Shown here piece after piece: positions 1-6,953 of a stretch of DNA of 35,971 nt (position 1 is the stretch's first letter; each line of letters starts with the position of its first letter). This DNA is from Nitrospinota bacterium (GTDB lineage: Bacteria; Nitrospinota; Nitrospinia; UBA9942). The DNA lies in NCBI GenBank assembly GCA_016200365.1, contig JACQEW010000070.1, positions 1 through 35,971 on the forward strand. Reading direction: 5' to 3'. A model generated the notes under the pieces. The model had not been told where the DNA came from. It did not search any database and was given only the letters and a program-made list of their open reading frames with translations. A program made the position numbers and the translations under genes.

Positions 1-20
1 AGATTGAACCTTAATGTTTT

Positions 21-57
21 GGTTCAGCCCCTGATTGAATCTTTCAGGGGCTGAACC
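21..57. repeat. Perfect 14-bp-stem hairpin (GGTTCAGCCCCTGA / TCAGGGGCTGAACC, 9-nt loop) at the window edge
   Basis: Arms 21-34 and 44-57 are exact reverse complements. Neither strand has a U-tract, so this is not a canonical intrinsic terminator. Confidence 0.6.
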
Positions 58-96
58 AGCGGTGTGAGCACTAAAACCTTTTGTAATAGAATTAAA

Positions 97-876
97 ATGA
101 TACCAAGAATCATAGTTAAAAAAGTAATGTCAAAAGGCATAATATCCGTAAGTCCGGATACCACGCTAAAAAGGGCTGCCGAAATAATGAAATCGCAGAA
201 GATAGGGAGTCTTATTGTCAAAGAAGGTGAGGGGCTTGCCGGTATAGTTACAGAGGTAGACTTTACCCACAAGATAATGACAGGCGAGCTTGACCCTTAT
301 AAAATGACTGTCAGGGATATAATGAGCTCGCCCATTATCAGCATAGAGGCTGACGAGTCTATTGTAGAAGCTCAGGAATTAATGAAGAAAAGGGCGGTAA
401 GACATCTGATTGTAACAGAGAAGGGGAAACCTGCCGGCGTCGTATCGGCAAGAGACCTTGTCCATTTTGAATATCCTGAGGAGGGTGAGCCGTTCTGGCC
501 CAACCATGCAATAAAAAACGCCATGGTTATGTTAGTATGCCTGGGTATTTTAATGACCATTGCCACCTTCAGTCCTGCACCGATGGAGTCTAAGGCAGAC
601 CCATTTTCAACCCCTGAGCATATAAAGCCCCACTGGTATTTCCTTTTTTCCTATCAGCTATTGAAGGCTGCCGAGGTTTTTAAATCAATACATATCGAGC
701 TCCCAAAACTTATAGGCGTCCTCGGACAGGGGGTAATAATATTTTTCATATTATTACTTCCTTTCCTGGATAAGAATCCGGAAAGAGTTTACAGAAAAAG
801 GGCTGTGGCTATAAGTATCGGGATTTTTATAACACTATTGGTAGTTATTTTGACGATATGGGGATATATTTCGTGA
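97..876 (+). CDS. CBS-domain pair fused to a cytochrome b6f subunit IV / cytochrome b C-terminal-domain protein
   Basis: ORF 64..876 has GTG at 64 and ATG at 97 and 127; the start is uncertain. The N-terminal half has two CBS-like repeats (VMSKGIISVSPDTTLKRAAEIMKSQKIGSLIV; IMSSPIISIEADESIVEAQELMKKRAVRHLIV). The C-terminal half matches PetD hallmarks (GEPFWPN, ADPFSTPEHIKPHWYF, KLIGVL) with three hydrophobic helices. Confidence 0.85.
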   Translation: MIPRIIVKKVMSKGIISVSPDTTLKRAAEIMKSQKIGSLIVKEGEGLAGIVTEVDFTHKIMTGELDPYKMTVRDIMSSPIISIEADESIVEAQELMKKRAVRHLIVTEKGKPAGVVSARDLVHFEYPEEGEPFWPNHAIKNAMVMLVCLGILMTIATFSPAPMESKADPFSTPEHIKPHWYFLFSYQLLKAAEVFKSIHIELPKLIGVLGQGVIIFFILLLPFLDKNPERVYRKRAVAISIGIFITLLVVILTIWGYIS

Positions 877-2159
877 AAAAGACAGAAGCAAGAGGCAAGA
901 AGCAAGAAGCAAGAAGTCAGAAGCAAGAATCTCTTGCCTCTTGCCTCTTGCCTCTTGCCTCTTGTTTCCTGCTTCTTGCCTCTTGCCTCTTGCCTCCTGT
1001 GGCAGCATGGGCAGAGGACACTTGCATATCGTGTCATAGGGAATCGGCAGAAGAGAGGGTAAAAGTTTCTATATCAGAGTGGGAAAAGAGTATTCACAAG
1101 ATTGAAAAGGTTAAGTGCCACGACTGCCACGGCGGAGATCCTGAATCAAAAGAAGGAAGCGGTGCACATAAAGTCAATTTTATCGGGAAGCCTGCGAGGG
1201 CAGATATACCGAAATTCTGCGGCAGGTGTCATATTCGTCCATTAAACGATTATCGTAAGAGTAAGCATGAGAGACTCCTGTCCGTGAAAAAGGAAGATGG
1301 CGGCGCCACATGCATTGACTGCCACGGATATCACAGGATAAAAACAAAAAAAGATACCGAGTCTCTTACCTATTATTTAAATGTTCCGCAGACATGCAGC
1401 AGGTGCCATTCCGATCCTGCGAGGATGAAACCATTTGATATGCCAACCAATCAATTTGAACTTTATGAGAAAGGGACGCATGGAGCTATCTTATACGGTA
1501 AGGTGCAGGAGGTAAGCAGGACATCAGCGCCTAATTGTGCCGTATGTCATGGGCATCATGACTCTATGATCTCAACCCATCAGGATATACCCCGCATCTG
1601 CGGTAAATGTCATCTGTCAACCTTTGATAATTTCAAAGAGGGACTTCACTTCGATGCCCTGAAAAAATCAGGGGAGCCGTCATGTGCTTACTGCCATGGT
1701 AATCATAAGGTAATAAGACCGAAGGGTGAGGTATTCGCCGGTTTCAAAAAGGGGGAGTGCGGAGAATGCCATGAAAAATCTTCGGAAGAATTTAAGGTGG
1801 GACTCAATATACAAGGCAGTATAGAAAGACTTGAAAGTTTAAGGAGAGAAGCGAAAAACAGTATCGAAGATGTAAAAAAATATGGAAGAAATACTGCAGA
1901 TTTGGAACAGTTGTATACCGAGCTCAATGCAAATATTCTCATGATTGCCCCTGCAAGCCATTCCCTTGATTTGGATGGGATAAATAAATATGTTGATAAA
2001 ATTTCCACCATATCGGAGGATATTAAAAGGAAGGTAGATGAATTTAAAATGGAGATAAGACATCGTTATGTGGTATATGTCATCTCTATGATAATAATCC
2101 TCACTGCAGTTATTATACTTTTCACACAGCTTTTAATTTATAAAAAGAGTGAGGCATGA
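858..2159 (+). CDS. Membrane-anchored nonaheme c-type cytochrome
   Basis: Nine CXXCH motifs: CISCH, CHDCH, CGRCH, CIDCH, CSRCH, CAVCH, CGKCH, CAYCH, CGECH. The N-terminus resembles a signal peptide ending AWA-ED, and there is a C-terminal TM helix (VVYVISMIIILTAVIILFTQLLIY). ATG at 858 overlaps the upstream gene. An in-frame GTG at 873 forms a GTGA overlap with the upstream stop. Confidence 0.9.
   Translation: MGIYFVKKTEARGKKQEARSQKQESLASCLLPLASCFLLLASCLLPPVAAWAEDTCISCHRESAEERVKVSISEWEKSIHKIEKVKCHDCHGGDPESKEGSGAHKVNFIGKPARADIPKFCGRCHIRPLNDYRKSKHERLLSVKKEDGGATCIDCHGYHRIKTKKDTESLTYYLNVPQTCSRCHSDPARMKPFDMPTNQFELYEKGTHGAILYGKVQEVSRTSAPNCAVCHGHHDSMISTHQDIPRICGKCHLSTFDNFKEGLHFDALKKSGEPSCAYCHGNHKVIRPKGEVFAGFKKGECGECHEKSSEEFKVGLNIQGSIERLESLRREAKNSIEDVKKYGRNTADLEQLYTELNANILMIAPASHSLDLDGINKYVDKISTISEDIKRKVDEFKMEIRHRYVVYVISMIIILTAVIILFTQLLIYKKSEA
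884..995. repeat. Heptad hairpin, GCAAGA family: about 6.5 AGAAGCA-type units followed by 9 CTTGCCT-type units
   Basis: Units were counted directly. The purine arm is 884-929, the short loop is TCT at 930-932, and the pyrimidine arm is 933-995. The whole hairpin lies inside the 5' end of the nonaheme cytochrome ORF. Confidence 0.85.
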
Positions 2160-2172
2160 AGAAAAAATTTTC

Positions 2173-2919
2173 TCATAGCGGCTCTGATATGCCAAGTCTT
2201 CTTATCATCATAAAGTGGGGTATTAAAAGAAAGATGAATATCCACGGCAGTATTGCTACATGAAGGGCAAAGAATCTGGTCAATGTAAGCTGTCCTACAT
2301 CTTCACCGCCCCTTGCTAATATCTTGATGGTATCTCCTATCACGGGAACTGCACCGGCTATCTCGGTGCCTACCACTGTTGCCCAGTAAGAGAGCTGAGT
2401 CCACGGGAGGAGGTATCCCGTAAAACCAAATATCAAAGTTAAGGAGTAAAGTGAAACACCTACAACCCAGTTAAGATCCCTCGGCGGTTTATAGGCAGCA
2501 GAGAAAAATACCTTAAGCAAATGAATAAAGATTGACAGTATCATTAGATTTGAAGCCCAATAATGGATACCCCTTATAAGCCAGCCATAGGGGACATTGT
2601 TGGTTATGTGGACAATGCTGTCGTATGCCTGGTCAACGGTGGGGCGGTAATACATGAGGAGCATTATACCTGTTATTACCTGAATTATAAAAAGAAAAAA
2701 GCTTATACCTCCGAAGCATCCCCAGACAGTAAGACCCTTTGGAACCGGTTTTTTAAGTATCTTCTGTATGGCAAGACGCAGCTCCAGTCTTTCATCCAAC
2801 TCGCCGTAAAAAAAACCTAAAAGGGCAATCCAGTTGAATAGATTTCTCCACCCCACCCCTTTTTTTATTTCTTCTTTTGTCTTATCAGATGCCCTTCTCC
2901 TTTCCATCTCATACCTCAA
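2173..2919 (-). CDS. Cytochrome b6-like protein (N-terminal four-helix cytochrome b domain)
   Basis: Typical cytochrome b/b6 sequence: VWGCFGG, ITGIMLLMYYRP, RGIHYWASNLMILSIFIHLLK and FFALHVAILPWIFIFLLIPHF carry the paired heme-b histidines. It ends with SEPL, as a split b6 does. Confidence 0.9.
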   Translation of the reverse strand: MRYEMERRRASDKTKEEIKKGVGWRNLFNWIALLGFFYGELDERLELRLAIQKILKKPVPKGLTVWGCFGGISFFLFIIQVITGIMLLMYYRPTVDQAYDSIVHITNNVPYGWLIRGIHYWASNLMILSIFIHLLKVFFSAAYKPPRDLNWVVGVSLYSLTLIFGFTGYLLPWTQLSYWATVVGTEIAGAVPVIGDTIKILARGGEDVGQLTLTRFFALHVAILPWIFIFLLIPHFMMIRRLGISEPL

Positions 2920-3003
2920 ATTGAGAAGGAATTCTCAAAAGGGACCCTCAATAAGGGTAAACTTACTTTCAAGAAAATTCCTTCGGATAAAATGATTCCT
3001 TCC

Positions 3004-3456
3004 TCATCCAATTATGACAGCATCCTCTATTAATTTGACATCGTATGTAATAAGAGGTTTTGGCGCTGGACCGGCAATAACATTTCCGTTAAGGTCGAAG
3101 ACGGCGCCGTGGCAGGGGCAGACTACCCGTTTTTGCCCCTCGCTCCAGTTGACAATACAACTCAGGTGCGTGCATATTGCAGACAGGGCATATATCTTTC
3201 CCCCGCTGTTAACGACTATAGCAGCCTTTCCTCTGAGAACTATCTTTTTGGCATTCCCCTCTGTTATTTCTGAAAATGGGATCCTGACCTTTTCTTCCCC
3301 GGTTGAGGCTATAGTTTTCCCGGTGGGCCAAAGGTACCTTAATCCTATAAAACCGAGTCCTATACCTACAACTAATGTCCAGATACCTATGATTCCATTT
3401 AAAGTATCTAAAAGAAATTCCCTTCTAACCATTTTTATTCGTACCATTTGTAACAA
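3004..3456 (-). CDS. Rieske [2Fe-2S] protein with a Tat-like signal anchor
   Basis: Rieske boxes CTHLSC and CPCHGAVF. The N-terminus has an RREFLL twin-arginine-like motif followed by a TM helix. The codon at 3456 is TTG; ATG alternatives are at 3447 and 3432. Confidence 0.9.
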   Translation of the reverse strand: MLQMVRIKMVRREFLLDTLNGIIGIWTLVVGIGLGFIGLRYLWPTGKTIASTGEEKVRIPFSEITEGNAKKIVLRGKAAIVVNSGGKIYALSAICTHLSCIVNWSEGQKRVVCPCHGAVFDLNGNVIAGPAPKPLITYDVKLIEDAVIIG

Positions 3457-3466
3457 AGTAATAAAA

Positions 3467-3495
3467 ATTATAATCTTTCAAAAAGTGGCTGTCAA
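3467..3495 (-). promoter_or_regulatory. Consensus sigma70 promoter for the Rieske/cytochrome b unit
   Basis: The minus strand reads TTGACA (3495-3490), a 17-nt spacer, then TATAAT (3472-3467). It lies just upstream of the Rieske start codons. Confidence 0.6.
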
Positions 3496-3566
3496 CTGAA
3501 TTTTTGTCACTGAATTTTTGTCACTTGAATTTTTGTCAATGTCAATTTTTGTCAAGTGAATTTTTT
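3491..3566. repeat. Five tandem 14-16 bp direct repeats, GTCA(A/C)(N0-2)TGAATTTTT
   Basis: GTCAACTGAATTTTT, GTCACTGAATTTTT, GTCACTTGAATTTTT, GTCAATGTCAATTTTT, GTCAAGTGAATTTTTT. They fill the space between the two divergent -35 boxes. Confidence 0.75.
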
Positions 3567-3593
3567 GAGATGTAAATTCAGGGCATTTATAAT
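3565..3593 (+). promoter_or_regulatory. Near-consensus sigma70 promoter for aspS
   Basis: TTGAGA (3565-3570), a 17-nt spacer, then TATAAT (3588-3593), about 70 nt upstream of the aspS ATG. A GAGGAG RBS sits at about 3646. Confidence 0.55.
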
Positions 3594-3660
3594 TTCTTAT
3601 ACTTCAAAGAAAAATCTGATATACTGATAAAAATTTACTTAATGAGAGGAGCAAAATGAT

Positions 3661-5475
3661 ATGGCTGAGAAATTAAAAAGAACTCACAACTGCGGGGAGT
3701 TGAGGAGCGGCAATGCAGACGAGGCAGTTATACTTGCCGGATGGGTTCACAGACGGAGGGATCACGGCGGGCTTATCTTTATAGATTTAAGGGACAGGAA
3801 GGGGATTACACAGATCGTGCTCAACCCGGAGATTGATAAAATCGCACATACAAAGGCTCATGAGATAAGGAGCGAATATGTGCTTACAGTTAAGGGGAAA
3901 GTGGTTAAAAGACCTGAAGGGACGGCAAATTATAAGATAGGCACAGGGGAGATCGAAGTTATCGCAGAGGACATGGAAATCCTGAACGAATCAAAACCTT
4001 TGCCATTCTTAATAGAAGAAGGCGAGGAGGTATCGGAGATGCTGAGATTAAAATACAGATACCTCGATTTAAGGAGACCTTCACTCAGAGATAATATCAT
4101 ATTGAGGCACAGGGTTGTGAAGAAGGTGAGGGATTTTCTTGACAGCAGGGGTTTTCTGGAGATAGAGACACCCTTTCTCACTAAGAGCACGCCTGAAGGG
4201 GCAAGGGATTATCTTGTGCCGAGCAGATTGAATCCGGGCAAATTTTACGCCCTGCCGCAGTCGCCGCAATTATTCAAGCAAATACTGATGGTGGCAGGAT
4301 ATGAAAAATATTTTCAGGTGGTGAGGTGCTTCCGGGATGAAGATTTGAGGGCAGACAGACAGCCTGAATTTACCCAGATAGACATTGAGATGTCCTTCAT
4401 AGACAGGGAAGATTTGCTGCCGCTCATGGAAGAGATGATGTATGAGATATTCAAGTCATCCATATTCGTCGAGATACCGAGACCCTTTCCTGTCTTGAGC
4501 TACCATGAGGCGATGAACAGATTCGGCAGCGACAAACCCGATACGAGATTCGGGCTGGAGCTAAAGGATATAACATCGCCTGCCTCTAAATCGGATTTCA
4601 AGGTCTTTGCTGAAGCAATAAAAAATGGCGGGGAAGTAAGGGGGATTAATGCAAAGGGGTGCGCCGATTTCTCAAGAAAGGATCTGGACGATTTAACAGA
4701 GGAGTCAAAAATTTTCGGGGCAAAGGGGCTTGCATGGATAAAGATTACACCGGATGGTGTTCAATCTCCGATAGTGAAGTTTTTCTACCCCCCTGTATCC
4801 CCCCTTACAAAGGGGGGAGTGGAAGGGGTTGGGCTTCTTGACGAGATAGTAAGGATAATGGATGGAAAAGCCGGAGACTTGCTCCTCTTTGTTGCAGACA
4901 AGCCTAAGATTGTCTTCGATTCTCTATCTCATCTCCGTCTGAAGTTGGGAGAGAGATTAAAATTAATAGATGAAAATAAATTCAATTTTTTATGGGTAAC
5001 TGATTTCCCTCTGTTAGATTGGGATGAGGAGGGAAAAAGATGGGTTGCAATGCACCATCCCTTCACATCCCCTGTGGATGAAGACATACCCCTGTTTAAA
5101 ACCGACCCAAAGAAAATGAGGGCAAAGGCATACGACCTTGTTTTAAACGGCTCGGAGGTCGGAGGGGGGAGCATCAGGATACACAGAGGGGAGATTCAGA
5201 AACAGATGTTCGATGTCCTTGGATTGACAGAGGAAGAGGCAAAGGCAAAATTCGGCTTTCTCCTTGAGGCGCTTGAATACGGGACACCGCCCCACGGAGG
5301 GATTGCCTTTGGGCTCGACAGGCTCATGGCAATTCTCACAAATTCAAAATCCATCCGCGATGTGATAGCATTCCCGAAAACACAGAAGGCTGTCTGCCTT
5401 ATGACCGATGCGCCATCGAATGTAGAAAAGAGGCAGTTGAAGGAATTGAGCATCAAGCTCGATACCTTACAATGA
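3661..5475 (+). CDS. aspS: Aspartate--tRNA ligase (bacterial type)
   Basis: 604 aa. The N-terminal OB fold reads [20 protein letters not shown]. Class II motifs are present ([31 protein letters not shown]), along with a bacterial-type insertion domain. Confidence 0.95.
   Translation: MAEKLKRTHNCGELRSGNADEAVILAGWVHRRRDHGGLIFIDLRDRKGITQIVLNPEIDKIAHTKAHEIRSEYVLTVKGKVVKRPEGTANYKIGTGEIEVIAEDMEILNESKPLPFLIEEGEEVSEMLRLKYRYLDLRRPSLRDNIILRHRVVKKVRDFLDSRGFLEIETPFLTKSTPEGARDYLVPSRLNPGKFYALPQSPQLFKQILMVAGYEKYFQVVRCFRDEDLRADRQPEFTQIDIEMSFIDREDLLPLMEEMMYEIFKSSIFVEIPRPFPVLSYHEAMNRFGSDKPDTRFGLELKDITSPASKSDFKVFAEAIKNGGEVRGINAKGCADFSRKDLDDLTEESKIFGAKGLAWIKITPDGVQSPIVKFFYPPVSPLTKGGVEGVGLLDEIVRIMDGKAGDLLLFVADKPKIVFDSLSHLRLKLGERLKLIDENKFNFLWVTDFPLLDWDEEGKRWVAMHHPFTSPVDEDIPLFKTDPKKMRAKAYDLVLNGSEVGGGSIRIHRGEIQKQMFDVLGLTEEEAKAKFGFLLEALEYGTPPHGGIAFGLDRLMAILTNSKSIRDVIAFPKTQKAVCLMTDAPSNVEKRQLKELSIKLDTLQ
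4786..4833. repeat. In-frame mini-palindrome inside aspS (CCCCCCTT-ACA-AAGGGGGG plus a G-run), encoding [15 protein letters not shown]
   Basis: The core hairpin 4799-4817 was read directly. The same architecture occurs at 7178-7223, 14108-14140 and 35906-35947. Confidence 0.7.
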
Positions 5476-6785
5476 AAAAAATAATAATCCTTTTATTGAT
5501 TACAATATCCCTTACATCCATCGCCTTTTTCGGATATAAAAGCTATGGAAAGAAGGGAAACTCCCCTGAGATTAAAACAGTTGAGGTTAAGAGGGGTGAT
5601 TTAACATTAGCTGTTGAGGCAACGGGGTCTGTAGAGCCAAAATTTAAGGTAGAGGTGAAGTCCAAGGCGAGCGGAGAGATTATCCATTTCCCCTTTGAAG
5701 AGGGTGATACGGTTAAGAGAGGCGATCTCTTGCTGAAGGTTGACAAATCCGATGAAGAAAGGAATGTGGCAAGGGAGGATGCGAACATCCTTACCCTTAG
5801 GGCAAAATTGGGGCAGGCAAAGGCGGCTCTCGATCTCCAAAAGATTGAATACGAGACTTCAAAGAAGAATACAAAGGCGGATATGGATTATGCTGTTCTC
5901 AGCCTCGATGATGCAGAGGTCAGGCTAAAAAGAAAGAAGGAGCTTTTTAACGAGAAATTGATTGCCAGAGAGAGCCTCGATGAAGGACAGACTGCTTATG
6001 ACCTGTCAAAGACAAAACTTGAGCAGGCTAAAGCCAGGATGGAGTCATTGAAGGGCATAGAGCAAAGTATAAAGATTAAAGAGAAGGAGATTGAATTAAT
6101 AGAAGGGGAGATAAAAAAGGCGGAGATAGCCCTTGAGCAGGCAAAGGAGAGATTAAGGGAGACCGAGGTTGCCGCACCGCTATCCGGGATTATCATAGAA
6201 AAGAGGGTTGAGAAGGGGCAGATTATATCATCGGGAATATCCACGGTTACCGGAGGCACTCACCTTGCCACCATTGCTGATATGAGCAGCATATTTGTTG
6301 TAGCAGATGTGGATGAGACAGATATTGGAAAGGTGAAGGCAGGGCAGGAGGTCAAGATTACGACAGATGCCTACACGGGCAGGGTTTTTCATGGAAGGGT
6401 TGACAGGATTGCACCGATGGGTGTGGCGGAGAACAGGATAATAATCTTTAAGGTAAGGACAGAGGTTACCGGGGAAGGAAGGGAGCTTTTAAAGACCTCC
6501 ATGACGGCAAATGTGCAGATAATCATCGAGACAAAGGAAAATGTCCTTCAGATTCCCGATGAGGCGATAAGAGAGGGGAACGGAAGCCATTTGGTCTATG
6601 TTATGAAAGACGGCAACCCTGAAATGCGAAAGATAAAGAAAGGCATCGGCAACGGAATGTATAGCGAGATTACAGAAGGTGTTGCCGAAGGTGAAAGGGT
6701 GGTTATAAGCGGCTTTTCAGGAGAAAAGAATAATCAGAAAACAGTATCCCAGAATCCTGCACGGGGAATGAGGATGTTAAGATAG
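5472..6785 (+). CDS. Efflux periplasmic adaptor (HlyD/MacA family membrane fusion protein)
   Basis: N-terminal signal anchor, a lipoyl-like hairpin ([11 protein letters not shown] ... [16 protein letters not shown]), a long coiled coil and beta-barrel segments. It forms an ATGA overlap with the aspS stop. Confidence 0.85.
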   Translation: MKKIIILLLITISLTSIAFFGYKSYGKKGNSPEIKTVEVKRGDLTLAVEATGSVEPKFKVEVKSKASGEIIHFPFEEGDTVKRGDLLLKVDKSDEERNVAREDANILTLRAKLGQAKAALDLQKIEYETSKKNTKADMDYAVLSLDDAEVRLKRKKELFNEKLIARESLDEGQTAYDLSKTKLEQAKARMESLKGIEQSIKIKEKEIELIEGEIKKAEIALEQAKERLRETEVAAPLSGIIIEKRVEKGQIISSGISTVTGGTHLATIADMSSIFVVADVDETDIGKVKAGQEVKITTDAYTGRVFHGRVDRIAPMGVAENRIIIFKVRTEVTGEGRELLKTSMTANVQIIIETKENVLQIPDEAIREGNGSHLVYVMKDGNPEMRKIKKGIGNGMYSEITEGVAEGERVVISGFSGEKNNQKTVSQNPARGMRMLR

Positions 6786-6825
6786 AGAATAATACCTAAC
6801 CCAAACAAGTCGGAAAAGTTAATAT

Positions 6826-6932
6826 ATCGAAGAAACTTTTCTCTCACTTCCGTTATTTTTCTTTTGCTATTTTTATAATTTTTTGAGGAACAAAAGAAAA
6901 ATAAAAAGTCGTTCGAGAAAAGTTTCTTCGAT
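6826..6932. repeat. 107-bp structured repeat, copy 1: an 18-bp perfect outer stem encloses a conserved A/T-rich arm pair
   Basis: Outer arms ATCGAAGAAACTTTTCTC (6826-6843) and GAGAAAAGTTTCTTCGAT (6915-6932). The inner arms are near-identical, in inverted orientation, to those at 15760-15868. It lies between convergent stop codons. Confidence 0.8.
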
Positions 6933-6953
6933 TGTTAATTGTTCGCGCATATT

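Noticed and set aside
21-57. The perfect hairpin at the window start as an intrinsic terminator
   Set aside because: No U-tract follows the stem on either strand, and the upstream gene is outside the window. I kept it only as an inverted repeat.
789-1037. Track ORFs made almost entirely of repeat translation (789..1037 -, 14126..14404 +, 19126..19428 +, 25699..25980 -, 31266..31463 -, 35507..35782 -, 12417..12689 +)
   Set aside because: These are low-complexity K/R/E/Q or L/F/S/C peptides read straight through hairpin arms. They have no RBS, no domain, and overlap better-supported genes or intergenic structures.
3014-3499. Long antisense ORFs opposite well-supported genes (e.g. 3014..3499 +, 11915..12559 -, 7057..7350 +, 14521..14877 +, 18565..18939 +, 22148..22495 +, 26467..26859 -, 30742..31173 +, 34598..34915 -)
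   Set aside because: These are shadow frames of genes with clear domain signatures. Their composition is typical of antisense translation, and they have no RBS or recognisable motif.
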